Assembly: GCF_018977255.1 (NCBI RefSeq)
Contig: NW_024704763.1
Coordinates: 7,564,001-7,628,000 of the forward strand
DNA: 64,000 nucleotides
Reading direction: 5' to 3'
Source: Callorhinchus milii
Taxonomy: Eukaryota
The notes under the pieces were generated by a model. That model was not told where the DNA came from and ran no database searches. It worked only from the letters and a program-made list of their open reading frames with translations. Shown here piece after piece: positions 1-12,792 of this stretch (the stretch's first letter is position 1; each line of letters opens with the position of its first letter). The translations under genes were made by a program, and so were the position numbers.

Positions 1-228
1 GGAACCTAGTTATCAGTCAATTGGTGGATAGCTTCTCCCTTAACTTTTTTTAAGTAATAATGTGGACACTCAATTCACGACTGTTTGTGGGACACTGCTA
101 TGCATAATTGGATGCCGAGTTCCACCCACAAAATATAGTCAATTCGCTTTACAGTATACTCTGTGAAGCGCTTTGAAATGTCTCAAAGACGTGATAAGGC
201 GCTATATAAAATACAAGGATAGTTATTA
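1..228 (+). mobile_element. Partial tRNA-derived Deu-domain SINE (long variant), cut by the window edge
   Basis: Contains acgactgtttgtgggacactgc...aattgg (Deu-like core) and the tail tgtgaagcgctttgaaatgtctc...gataaggcgctatata shared with many copies in the window. Confidence 0.8.
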
Positions 229-1070
229 ACTGTTTGAATACTTTTCATAGGAACTGTTGATGGAAAAAAACTTAAGTCCACCTCGTTCACCTTCTACCAT
301 CATGGTAGTTACGTGCTATAATAATAATGGTGATGGTGACTAATCAAGGTAATCAATCTCTTATCAACTAATCTACAACAGACTCAGGCATGAGGCGAGG
401 AAAAGCCATTAGTGGTGGAAAGCTTTAGGAACCCCAGTTTCAAAGTTGCCTTTTCTCATGAGGCTGTGCCGCATGTTTTGTAAATTATTAGGCGATTCAT
501 TATTTTCGTGAGGATGGTAGTAGATTCGTTATTAAAAGTCATTTATTACATGTGGAAATATTTACATATCTGGTATTTGGAATAATCCTTGTGTTTGATA
601 TAGCACCTTAATACTTTGTCAAAACGTTTCAAAGAGATTCGACACAATTTATTGTAAAGAGGGACAAAAAGCAGAATGAGAACATTAACATTGCACCAAC
701 CTGCAGATTCCTAAAGAAGTCAAGTTTTCTGGTTTCTAGCCCACTTTTAGCTGTTTATTGACTGTCATTCAATTAATGGTTGTTTATGGGACCTTGTAGT
801 GTTCATCGACAAAATACTCGCTCACTACACTTTACAGTAAATCCTGTGAAGCGTTTTAAGCATTCACAAGCGGCACCAGCTATCAATCATTCGCAATTCA
901 ACTGCTCCAATTTCCTTCCCTGTTTCTTATGCATTCCTCTGCCCCCGCCCTCACTGATTGACAGCTAAACTCCAGCCACTTGTGATTGACTGCAGTCCAC
1001 TGTCAATCAATTGCAATTTGACAAATAACAACAACAAAATTACATTTATAGAGCGCCAGGGACAAATGTC

Positions 1071-4000
1071 CTAGCTAAACGAATTAACAGGGAGATAAAT
1101 AGGAATTTAAACTAGTAAAGGGGGGAATATATAGGTAAGAGAAACCAAAGTTAGCATTAGAAAAAGTAAGGATGACAGTGCAGAATAGCATGCCAGATAA
1201 TAGGAATATGTTAACGAGGGGTAAGAAGCTTGGCAAAGTAGATAAGGAATCAGAGAGTATAGGAAATGGTAGTAAATTAAAAATGTTAAATCTGAATGCA
1301 CGTGACATTCGGAATAAAACTGATGAATTAAAAGCAGATAGACACATATGGGCACGATCTAATAGCCATCACTGAAACATGGTTACAAGGAGATCTAGGG
1401 TGGGAGTTAAATATTCCAGGGTTCTCAGTTCTCAGTTTACAGGAAAGATAGGCACTGTGGGAAACAAGGTGAGGGGTTAGCCCTATTAATTAGGATGAAA
1501 TAAAAGCAGTGGAGAGGAAGGATCTGAAATCCAATGACCAGGAGGTCGAGACAATATGGGTGGAAATAAAAAATAATAAAGGGCAGAAAATATTAATGGG
1601 AGTGACCCCCAAACAGTGATCATAATATAGCACAAGGTATTAATCAAGAAATCAGTGGATCATGTAGGAAAGGTAAAGCGATAATAGTGGGTGATTTCAA
1701 TCTCCACATAGATTGGGAAAACCAAATCGGCAAAAGTAGGTTAGAAGAAGAGTTCATTGAGTGTATGAGAGATAGCTTTCTAGAGCAGCCGAGGAACCGA
1801 CCAGGGGACAGGCCATCCTAGACCTTGTTTTGTGTAATGAAACAGTGCGAGTTGGTAGTGTAGGTATTAAGTCTCCTCTAGGGCAGAGTGATCACAATAT
1901 GATTGAATTCTGCATTAAGTTAGAGAGGGATATAGTTATATCCGAGGCAAGTATTCTGAAGCTAAATAATTTTGTAGGTATGAGGAAAGATTTAGGTAAA
2001 ATAGACTGGAAAATAAGATTAAGAGGTAAAAATGTAGACCAACAGGGGCAAATATTTAAGGATGTAGTGCAAAATTCTCAGCGGTCGCATATTCCCTTGC
2101 GAAATTCCAGGGAAAGGAATTCATCCGTGGCTAACTAGAGAAAAGGCTTATAAAACTGTCAAGAAAAGCAGCAAATCTGAAGATTGGAAGAGTTTTAGAA
2201 ACCAGCAAAAAAAACTAAAAAACTCATTAAGAGCGAGAAAAAGGAGTATGAGGGTAAGCTCGCTGGGAACTTTAAGCCTGATTGTAAAAGTTTTTACAAA
2301 TACATTAAGAGGAATAGGCTGGTGAGGGTAAATGTAGGTCCACTTCAGTCAGAGACAGGAGAAGTTGTAATGGGGGATAAGGAGATGGCAGAGTCCCTAA
2401 ATGGGTACTTTGCATCTGTCTTCATCCTAGAAGACACAAGTCTGCCAACAATAGAGATGCACCAAAGGGATAAGGACAGGGAGCAACTTAGGGAAATTTT
2501 CATTAGCAGAGAATTGGTGCTTGGGAAACTGTACTAAAAGCACTAAAAATCCCTGGTCCGGATGGCTTTTTGCATCCCAGGGTTTTAAAAGAGGGAGCTT
2601 ATGAGATAGTGGAGGCCTTGTGTTTGATCTTTCAAAATTCCTTGGACTCTGGAACATGGATTGGAAGATTGCAAATGTCACACCACTATTTAAAAAAGGT
2701 GGAAAGGAAAATATGGGTAACTATAGGCCAGTTAGTCGCACATCAGTGATAGGAAGAAATTTAGAATCATTGATTAAGGATGTGGTAGTGTGGTATTTAG
2801 GGGAGCACAATATAATAAGCCAAGTCAACATGGCTTTACAAAAGGGAAGTCATGTTTGACAAATCTCAGTTTTTTGAGTAAACTAGATAAGTGAGAGACC
2901 TGAGTTCGATTCCCGGCAGGGCGAAACCTTGGGCAAGTTTCCTTACTCCACACGCCTAATAATAATCCCTCCAAAAAAACAAAAACAATAATAAATTGGT
3001 CATTTTCAATCTACGACTGTTTGTGGGACATTGCTGTGCGCAATTGGCTGCCGCGTTCGCCCACAAATATACAGTCAATTCACTTTACAGTGTGTTCTGT
3101 GAAGCGCTTTGGGATGTCCTCCTGACGTGAAAAGCGGTATATCAAATGCAAGGATTATTATTATTATTATTAAGGGTGAATCAGTGGATGTGGTCTATTT
3201 CGACTTCCAGAAAGCATTTGATAAGGTGCCGCATAAAAGATTAGTCCAAAAGATAAGGGCCCATGGAATTGGGGGGAGCATATTAACGTGGATTGGTGAA
3301 TGGTTAACAGGTAGGAAATAAAGAGTAGGGATAAACGAGTCCTTTTCAGCTTGGCGGGATGTGGCTAGTGGAGTACCACAAGGATCAGTCCTTGGGCCTC
3401 AGCTATTTACCATCTACATCAACGATCTAGATGAGGACATCGAAGTTAACATATCTAAATTCGCGGATGACACAAAACTAGGAGGAAGTGTCAACACAGA
3501 GGATGACATTAAAAAAAATGCAGCGAGACATGGATAGGTTAGGTGATTGGGCAGGTAGGTGGCAGATGAAGTATAATGTAGGGAAGTGCGAAGTCATCCA
3601 CCTAGGGAGAAAAAACAGTAGAGCGGGTTATTTTTTAGAAGGGGAGAGATTGAAATGTGTTAGCGTCCAGAGGGACTCGGGTGTCCTTGTACACCAATCA
3701 CAGAAAGTTATTCTGCAGGTGCAGCAAGCAATTAGGAAGGCGAACGGTATGTTAGCATTCATTATGAAAGGATTAGAGTAGAAGAGTAGGGAAGTCTTGC
3801 TGCAACTGTATAGGGCCCTGGTGAGACCACACCTGAAATACTATGTGCAATTTTGGTATCGTTATTTAAGGATGTACTTGCCTTGGAGGGGGTGCAGCAT
3901 AGATTTACTAGGTTAGTACCAGGGATGAAGGGGATGAGTTAGGAGGATAGGCTGACCAATTTGGGCCTATATTCTCTAGAATATAGAAGAATTAGAGGGG

Positions 4001-4389
4001 ATCTTATAGAAACCTATAAGATCATCAAAGGGCATGATAGAGTAGATAGTGGGAGATTGTTTCCCCTGATTGGAGAAACTAAAACCAGGGGTCACAACCT
4101 TAAAATCAGAGGCAGCCCTTTCGCACTGAGTTGAGGAAGAACTTCTTCACTCAAAGGTGGTGAATGTATGGAACTCACTACCCCAAAGGGCTGTTGACAC
4201 TCAGTCCTTGAACATATTCAAAACTGAGATAGATAGATTTCTTATTGCAAAAGGGATTAAGGGATATGGGGATAAGGCAGTGTTAGGTTATTAGCTGGAG
4301 TTAGATTAGAAGATCAGCCATGATTGAATGGCGGGGTAAACTCGAAGGGCCGAATGGCCTACTCCTGCTCCTACATGTTATGTTATGTT
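1071..4389 (+). mobile_element. CR1-type LINE, near-complete ORF2 (AP endonuclease + reverse transcriptase) broken by stops/frameshifts; antisense in NPTN intron 5
   Basis: Fragments LNLNARDIRNK, SPLGQSDHNMIEF, WKIANVTPLFKKG, VDVVYFDFQKAFDKVPH; DNA reads [10 protein letters not shown] and [10 protein letters not shown]; ends in CR1-like tail gggccgaatggcctactcctgctcc followed by atgttatgttatgtt. Confidence 0.92.
2892..3170 (+). mobile_element. 5'-truncated young tRNA-SINE nested in the CR1 RT region
   Basis: Nearly identical to copies at 11094, 25765 and 33781. Interrupts CR1 coding just before KGESVDVVY. Possible 4-bp TSD taag (2888-2891, 3171-3174). (ATT)n tail. Confidence 0.9.
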
Positions 4390-5070
4390 AGGGGGCAAGG
4401 CCATGGATGGCCTTGAAAGTGAGGATGAGGATCTTGAACTTAATCCTCTGGGGGATGGGGAGACAGTAGAGTCAGGCGAGGGTGGGAGTGATGGAGTCAC
4501 CGAGCCTAGAGGGCGAGAGTACACAAGCTGCAGAGTTTTGGATGATCTGCAGCTTGTGAAGGGAAGAGTTGGGAAGGCCGATGAGGAGAGAGTTTCCGTA
4601 ATCGAGCCTTGATGTAACGCATGCGTGGGTGAGGGTTTGGGCAGCCTGAGAGGTGAGCCAGTGGCGGAGTTTAGTAATGTTGCGGAGGTGGTGGTAGGCA
4701 GTGCTAGTCATAGTGCGGATGTAGGGGAGAAGGGACAGTTGAAGGTCAAATAAGACAACAAGGTTCCTGACTGGCTAAGTGAGGTTGAGTGTGCAGCCGT
4801 GGAGGTTGATGCTGCCAGCGTCCGAGGTGCGGAGGCTCTGGCGCGAGCTAATCAGGCGGGCCTTGGTCTTGCTGACGTTGAGTTGGACAAAGTTGTCTCT
4901 TGTCCAGGACTTGATGTCGGACAGGCAGTCGGTCAGGACGCCAGTAGTCCTGGAGTTGAGGGTAGAGGCAGAGAGATAGAGTTGGGTGTCATCTGCATGC
5001 ACGCGGAAATTTACCCCATGTCTGCGGATGATGTTACCAAGGGGGAAGCATGAAGAGGGTGAAGAGGAGG
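4390..5070 (-). mobile_element. L2 LINE fragment (RT C-terminal region)
   Basis: Minus-strand ORFs HADDTQLYLS and AYHHLRNITKLR...SRLDYGNSLLIGLP; the DNA continues as FKILILTFKAIHGLAP. Confidence 0.88.
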
Positions 5071-5109
5071 GGATAAGATACTATATCAAATATAAGAATT
5101 ATTATTTCA

Positions 5110-5304
<195 letters not shown>

Positions 5305-6767
5305 TCAAGAAGGTAAAATCATTATTAATTCTTTTTCAGTTGAATCTTTCAGTTTTCAATCTCAGCTACTCTGCTGGTTTGGAGGATGTGTGGCCGACAC
5401 CTAGAAGTGGATTTCAAACCACTAAAATCAATCAGGGGTTGTGTTTCCCATACGCTAACGGTGCTCCACAATCCTGGGATTTATAGAAGAGAATCCTGGG
5501 ATTGGATTCAGGAAATTGGATTCAAACTGAGCCTCTGCAAAACTGCTAAAAGGCTTTTTCCCCCTCGTAATTTGAAGTGACCTTTGCAAGCCAGAAGCAA
5601 TACTTCCACTTTTTTTAAAAAATCAGCAGCAATGTCACTTTCTGTCCAATGCTGCATTATTTTCCCTCTCTCTCCATCTCGTCTGCTGCCCACCCCCCCA
5701 CCCTCCTCAGTTTTCTGAGGCAAGATTTGGAAATTGGGTCATTAAAATCACGAAATCCCCAGATTCAGAAAGAGCACTAGGTTTGTAACCCTAATTGCAA
5801 TACCAGTGTGAGCATGATGCAAATGTGACTCTGGATCAAAACTAGAATATTCCTCAGATTTACATCACTTTAATCAAAAGTGATACCACATACAGCAATT
5901 GGATTTACTTCCAACACCATTGGTACTAAGGTGTGAGCTCCACAATGCTATCAAATGAAAAGCTCCAGACTTGTATCTAAGAGTGTGAAGCAGATTATTA
6001 TGAATTGCTTTCCACGATATTGTACGAACTCCATTTCCACTAGAGTGAGGAAAATTCCAGCTCAGCAATATCGTTCCATCCATTCTGTGGAGCGTGTGGA
6101 GCGCTAATCATACCCGACCCAGGAACAGCTAGTCTCATTAACCAACGTACCATAAAAGACTCTGCTACTGAATAGCCTTGACCCCAAGGTTTGCATCAAT
6201 CAGGAAACGTCACAACTAAATTAGGTGCTCAGCAACTGCTGCATCTGAAGTTAAAAGTTTCTGAAGCTTCACAAACAGAGATGGAAACACCCATCAGAAA
6301 CCCTACAATTTACCAGATGCCATATTTCTGAACTAACAGGAACCTCTACTAAATGCTTGCTGTGGAATATAGTCCTAATCTATTGGTATCTCAGTTGGGC
6401 ACCGAAAGTGGTCTTCATTACTAAGATGTTCACCTTCAAATTACAGTCACTATACAGTAAATCCTGGGAAGCTCCGAGATGTCCTCCCGATGTAAAAGGC
6501 TCTATGCGAAATTCAGAATTAATAATGATGATGGAGAAATTTGGTAAAAATGCACTAGCAGCATAAAAAACCTTTGTAACTTATATACTAACTATGAATG
6601 TGTCTGTTATTCATTACTTTTTCTTTCCAAAAACAATTAGTTAAAAATAGGCAATTTCAAAAACTGTAAATATCACCTCCAAACAAAAACCTAACCATAA
6701 AGATCTTTTCCAGCTATTTCTACGGCAACTTTTTTTTCCTCCAAGGAAGGAGCCTGAACTCTAATAA

Positions 6768-7032
6768 AACCGAGGTTAAACTGAGGTCCCGTCTGAGTGT
6801 TCAAGTGAATGTTAAAGATCCCACTTCACTATTAAAACAAAGGGAGGTTTTCTTAGTAGCCAATAATCCTCCAAATAAAATTGGTCATTCATTTCCTGTC
6901 TGTTTGTGGGTCATTGTGGTGCGCAAATCTGGCTGCCATATTTGCTATACAATAAAGAGTCACTTCCCTTTACAGCAAAAATGCTGTGTAGTGCTTTATA
7001 ATGGCATTACATCAAATACAAGGATTATTATT
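6768..7032 (+). mobile_element. Partial SacSINE1-like Deu-domain SINE
   Basis: gtcccgtctg...gttaaagatccc motif, Deu-like ctgtttgtggg...gtgcgcaaat...ggctgcc, tail ggattattatt. Confidence 0.65.
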
Positions 7033-7729
7033 GGTTTGAAATTCAAAGAAAATAGCTCTATGATCTGTGAAAATAAAGCTAGCATCAAGGTTGAACCAGA
7101 TCGTCAGCGGTTTACAGTGAAACAAGGGGTGCAGTATTGCTAAATGGATCAGTGAAGTAGCCTTTGATGAACTCATGCTGAGCAGTATATATACTCTATG
7201 TTAAATCCTCAGTGCTTTTACCACTCTAAATCTATTTACTTTAGTACCCAGTAATTAACTCTTCGGAATGCTAATCATTTACATTTAACAACATGATCGC
7301 CCTTGTGAAATAAAACTTCAATCACTCTGTAAACACATAACATTTGAAATTAAACAGACTTTCGACAGAGAGACCACAATGATCTACAGCTCCCAGCATA
7401 TCTTGGGCATGTTTCTATTTAAAAAAAGATTTTTTTCATCTATCAAATGAATTAAATGCATCAAGGGATTTAGGTACACATATTATCAAGAGTCGTTGAA
7501 CCACAGTACGTCAGAAAAGAATTTGCTGCTCCTTATATGTACTTGAGAAGGGATTATGTAGACTCCTGCAACTGATTGGTATCACGATCAAGTTATATGT
7601 AACAGAACAGAATGAGAGTGCAGTGTGCGACATTAGACCAGATTGGTTGCAGACTATAGGAGAAAACTAAGAAAATAAAGTGATTGCTGGAATAATTAAA
7701 ATAAAATGACTGTTGGAATGATTCTTTGC

Positions 7730-7953
7730 TCAACGATAGGTGAACACACACAGATACGCTCCAGCATCATCAGCTTGTGGTTTGGAAATCCCTTAATTGG
7801 GATAGTAAAACAAAAATAAATGTCCTTGGGCAGAATCAGTGAGAAAGTGAAAAACAGCTTTTCTATTAATAGTTCAGGCAACATTCACTGCCCGTCCTTG
7901 GCAATAACCATGCCTTTGATAATAACGCTGCTCACCTGAGTTCCTTAACAAAT
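7730..7953 (-). pseudogene. Degenerate partial duplicate of NPTN exon 4 plus ~160 bp of its upstream intron
   Basis: Aligns to 9160-9394; about 46/52 identical in the exon part. Homologous frame reads ISKPQADDAGAYLCVFTYR*. Acceptor CAG changed to AGG; 3' exon part and donor absent. Confidence 0.85.
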
Positions 7954-9116
7954 TAAACTGGCTAATTGGCTAGTAAAACAAATAAATATTTGGGAAAATT
8001 TAAAACAATTTTACCACTCTCGAGTTAAATGTGCTTTCTGCACTTTGCACCAATGTGTTAGTGCTAAAAAACCGAGCTCATTGGCATCATTTAGTAAATG
8101 AATACATCAAATTGTCCTGGCTCAGTAATATTGGCAAGTCAACTTTTGTTATCCAAAGCTTAAAAGGGCCTGTCATGCCTATGCTGCACAATACCAACAG
8201 TGAGGGGCCGAATACAACTACCAGCTCGCTGTATTTATCTTGTTTTTTAAAAAAATTATGGGCCGAGATCCCCCCATATGAAGTCAGTAAATAATTATAA
8301 TCCTTGCATTTACTATAGCACCTTATCACATTCAGCTAAGGTGATTCAGATCATTGATGCTGAAAATATCCTCATGGCACCACAAGCATTGAGTTCTGTT
8401 TGATGCAGCAATATGACACCACGCATTTGATTCTATTCTCAGATTACAAAGGATAAAAACAGTTCTAGGTCATAGAGTATCAATAAAGCCATATTGAATT
8501 GCAGGACATGTGGGTATTAATGCCATTAAAAAGATTCATACATCACTGGTATTGTAAGAGAATAAGAGAAACCAGTGGAAAAGATCTTGTGCATCCCTAA
8601 CATTTCATTTTTTCTTTTGTTTTCAGGATAGATAGTGTAGCACACGTGGAAGTGGATTACTTAAAAGTGACAACAATGGATTTGAAAGCCAGGGGACATT
8701 AAGGCGTTCGTCAGTAATGCAGAAACCGGATTCAACGGCTTAATATTCATCTACCATCTGTCATTCAGGGCTTCAAATTACAACCAGCATGAATGTGAAA
8801 ACTGTGAAGGGCAAATGAAGGACAGGCATCTCCACAGCTAAACTAACTGGAAATACAAACGAGCAATAATGCAAAATAATGGCCAGCATTTTTTTATATA
8901 AAAGGTTCCTCTTCATCCTAACCAAGGCAAAGCAAATCATTTTGCAAAGTAAGTTTGTAAATACAGTAGAAAACCTTTCATTTCATAAATGAGGTAGGCA
9001 AAGATTAGGGACCAATAACACTAAATCATCACCAATTGACCAACACTAAACTGGTACAATAATTTTGAAAAATCCTCAGAAAGTTGGGCTCCTCAAAAGA
9101 ACACAAGACTGCTTAC

Positions 9117-9211
9117 CTTTGATTTCGATCGAGGCATTGGCTGAGGGGGACGTTTGAAAGGTGAACACACACAGATACTCCCCAGCAACATCAGCTCGAG
9201 CTTTGGAAATC
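9117..9211 (-). CDS. NPTN: Neuroplastin exon 4 (end of Ig2): (K)ISKARADVAGEYLCVFTFQTSPSANASIEIK
   Basis: Acceptor caattacag, donor gtaagc, 95 nt, phase 2 to 1, in frame with exons 3 and 5. Matches human INKPRAEDSGEYHC...NATIEVK. Confidence 0.93.
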
Positions 9212-9620
9212 CTGTAATTGGACAATAAAACAAAAATAAATGTCCTTGGGTAGAGACACTACAATATCCACCAAAATTAGTGGGAAAGTGAAAAACAGCT
9301 TTTCTATTTATAATTCAGACAACCGTCACTGTGAGTCCTTGGCAATAACCATGCCTTTGATAATAACAGTGCTCATCTGAATTCTTTAACAAATAAGATG
9401 CTTTGCAGATTGTGAAACCACATCAGTATTTGTGCCATGTTTAAATCCAACTCAAGCCATGTATTAACATTTGTTGCTATATTTAAGTTTGCTGTCAACA
9501 TTTTCCAGGCTATGGCATAACTTGGTCTGTTTGAAACTTTTTTAAAAAAAACTGCCCACAAACAGGCAAGCAACAAAGAAATAAACACAGTTTTAGGTTA
9601 ATTTACATTTTTCAATTTTA

Positions 9621-10248
9621 GGTCATCCCAACCAGGCCTTCATTACAACTAGGCTCGACTGTGCCAACACTCTGCTTGTCAGCCTTCCCAACTCTTCCCT
9701 CCACAAACTGCAGATCAACCAAAACTCTACAATTTGCATCCTCTCCCACACCAGGCTCCATAACCCCAACATATCCATCCTCACCCAGCTCCACTAGCTC
9801 CCTGTCCCTCAGAGGATCAAGTTCAAAATTCTCATTTTCGCCTTCAAGGTTCTCCATGGCCTTGTCTCCTCCTACCTCTCCAACCTGCTAACCCCTTATC
9901 AACCTGTCCGCTGCCTCCGCTCAGCAGGCTCTGGCCTGCTCCATGTCCCCCACTCGCCTAACAATTGGTAGACGGGCCTTCAGCCTCTCTGCCCCAACCA
10001 TCGAGAACTCCATCCCACATTTTCTTTGCCTAGCTCCCCCCCTTGCCTCCTTCAAGACCCGCCTCAAGACCCTGCTTCGACCTTCGGCCACCCTCCTAAC
10101 CCCCTACCCTGGACCTTCCCTGATCCCAACCCTTCCTGATCCCAACCCTTGCCAAAATCAATAACCCTAATCTCTGACTGATCAGCGCCTTGGGACGTGC
10201 TCCTGACATGAAAAGCGCTTTACAATACAAATGTAATTTTGTATTGTA
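9621..10248 (+). mobile_element. L2 LINE 3' fragment
   Basis: DNA encodes TRLDCANTLL-like RT C-terminus, pyrimidine-rich 3' UTR, tail cagcgccttgggacgtgctcctgacatgaaaagcgct. Confidence 0.85.
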
Positions 10249-11093
10249 CCTCCAGGTTTTCAAAACTCAACAATGTGGGCAATTTATTCTTCTCAGTTTA
10301 TTCTTTTCACAGAAACCAATAATCTTTAGATATGGCGTAGTCAATGATCCATCGTGTGGCACTGAAGACTAAGAAAGCTGCAGATTCTAGCCTTGGTCTG
10401 CGAGGAGTTAGTTAATCTGAGTCGGGATACCTTACCACTATAAGCCCACACCTACAGAAATAAAACAAAAGGACTCCTTGGTATGCACTGATCATACATG
10501 CTGGGAACAAGTGGGTGAGATGCTGTGTGCAGGATCGTGTTTAACTGTGTAGCTCACCATGACAGCACTGACTGAGTTTATACTACGTGGCTGAGGTACT
10601 TTGCCAACCTCCCAGCTTGCATTAAATCATGAATAACTACTTTCAAGAAAAGGGGAAGAAAAAAAAGGGAAAAAAAACGGCATTGCCACATTTCCACTTT
10701 GGAAGACGTCCCACTCTCAAATAGCATCATTAAGTGCACTGCCTACTAAACATAGGACAAAAATCTTCATAGTGTACATTACATAATGTTCCAACATTTA
10801 TATTTAGGGAAGACATTAGTAAGCATTTTGTGACATTTTACAAGCCTTTGCAACAGACTTCTGCAACTGTCACTTGCAATGCAGTATTTCCATACTCCTC
10901 TAGGATATCAATCCCAATGTATCTTGAAGCCCATAAAATCTCCAACTGAAACAGTCCTAAAACCATACTGAGGACTTGGTAGGTAAATGTACTATATGAA
11001 GATTCCCATTTCAGCCTTGGGCTGCTGACTTAGCTTGTCCAAACCAGCCGCAGTCTGCGGGGGTGGGAGCGTGGAGAGAAGAAAAGGGAAATG

Positions 11094-11410
11094 GAGTCCT
11101 GTAGCTCAGTGGTTAGAGCACTCGCTTTGAAAGCGAGAGACCTGAGTTCAATTCCAGGCAGGTCAGGGCGAAACCTTGGGCAAGTTTCCTTACTCCACAC
11201 ACCTAATAATAATCCCTCCAAAACCAAAAACAATAATAAATTGGTCATTTTCAATCCACGACTGTTTGTGGGACATTGCTGTGCGCAATTGGCTGCCGCA
11301 TTCGCCCACAAATATACAGTCAATTCACTTTACAGTGTGTTCTGTGAAGCGCTTTGGGACGTCCTCCCGACGTGAAAAGCGCTATATCAAATGCAAGGAT
11401 TATTATTATT
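11094..11410 (+). mobile_element. Full-length young tRNA-derived Deu SINE (short variant)
   Basis: tRNA-like head gagtcctgtagctcagtggttagagc, Deu core, L2-like stem-loop tail, (ATT)n, 5-bp TSD aaatg (11089-11093, 11411-11415). Confidence 0.92.
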
Positions 11411-12792
11411 AAATGTTAATGATTACAATTGATCTCACTATACTTAGGCAGGGGATTTGAAAAGGACCAGCATCCCAGTTTGAGGTAGGTATGTCCTGAG
11501 ATCAACGCCAAAGGGAGATGCTAGATGAACCAAGAAGAACAGGCACCACTTTGGGAGATAAAGGATGGCAGTTAATGCATGGGTAGCTATACCCCCAAAT
11601 ACACAGCAGCCAACCAAGGAGCAATTTTGACCTCTCCCTTCATTGTCAGGGTCTTCTCACTTGAAGAGGTTCAACAGTGGCACCAATTGACTTGCCCTCT
11701 GGGATTGTCTTACCTCCTCAGGTTAAAACTAAAAATACAACTAGAATTAATCTGCATCTACTTGACATTCGGGTTACTGACAACCTTGGTCATACTTCCC
11801 ACTACCACTGAATTCTCACTTTGAGAGCTAATAACCTGGATTGCCAACTGCATGGGATCAGAGAGCATTAATCTCAGTTCAGATTTGGGACCTATAGGAA
11901 TTCAGATCCAGTAGCATAAAGCAAAAAAGCCATTGGATTTTTTCTTGTTAACATTCTCTGTGGAGATATAAAAAAAGGTTACTCCATAGCCCACCTTCAA
12001 TCATCATCGCTACCGACAAACCAGTTGTGCCGCTGCTCACACAAAATACATTCCGTTCTAGCTATACCTTTATCTTGCAAATGGAAAACCACCCTCATAG
12101 AGTTCAAAAAATAACTGAAATCAATAAGCCAATGTTTACACTACATAAAAATACCTGATGGTAGATAAACTCATGACTGTAAAAAATCTGAAGCACCTGG
12201 CTGCTTTCAGTTAGTGGGAAAAAGGGCTTGCACAATTTTCTGTTGCAAAAAATGTCTCCACAAAGTAAGTGTGAGGGACAAAATTAAATAGACCAAAGAA
12301 GCAAAGTTAAGTCCCATTCACCATTTGGTTTCCCTAGAAATCCCCCCAAAAGCTTGAAATAATCTTGGAAAGTGATCAGATTCTTTAAAAGAGCTATTTT
12401 GTCGGGAAAGGCACATTCCATATTTTTGCACACATTTATTTTACAATCCAGAATGGAGATGCTGAGGAAGAAAATTGTAATAATTTATAGAATGTAAAAA
12501 TATTTAGTGTGGCATTGGACAGCTTAATATAACTTTAGATTTCTAAAATGCATTAAAAAAGGGTACTTTATTGTTAAACACCTTTAAATTTCCAAGAGAC
12601 ACCCCAAGAGTTTTCAATCAGTCATGGAAAGATGACTCAAGTGTGATTCAAGCCCGACTCATTAATATTGTAGGAGCATGAATCTCAATACTTTTTCTGC
12701 GGTGCCAGAAGCTTCAACACCATTTGCTATCTAATTCTCAGTTTATACTGCTAAAAATACAGTGAACACTCAGTAGAAATGCAGTAACGTAA

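Noticed and set aside
1-5100. NPTN exon 6 onward (rest of Ig3, transmembrane, tail)
   Set aside because: No matching coding sequence found; the interval is almost all CR1/L2/SINE, so these exons probably lie outside the window.
8627-8948. Plus-strand acceptor/donor pair antisense to NPTN
   Set aside because: All frames close quickly and such pairs are common by chance in AT-rich introns; no other support.
10370-10680. Possible ancient SINE-like element
   Set aside because: Only a faint resemblance from memory; cannot be supported without a library search.
11094-11170. tRNA gene calls for SINE heads
   Set aside because: Each head runs directly into a SINE body with tail and TSD; no Pol III terminator follows the acceptor stem.
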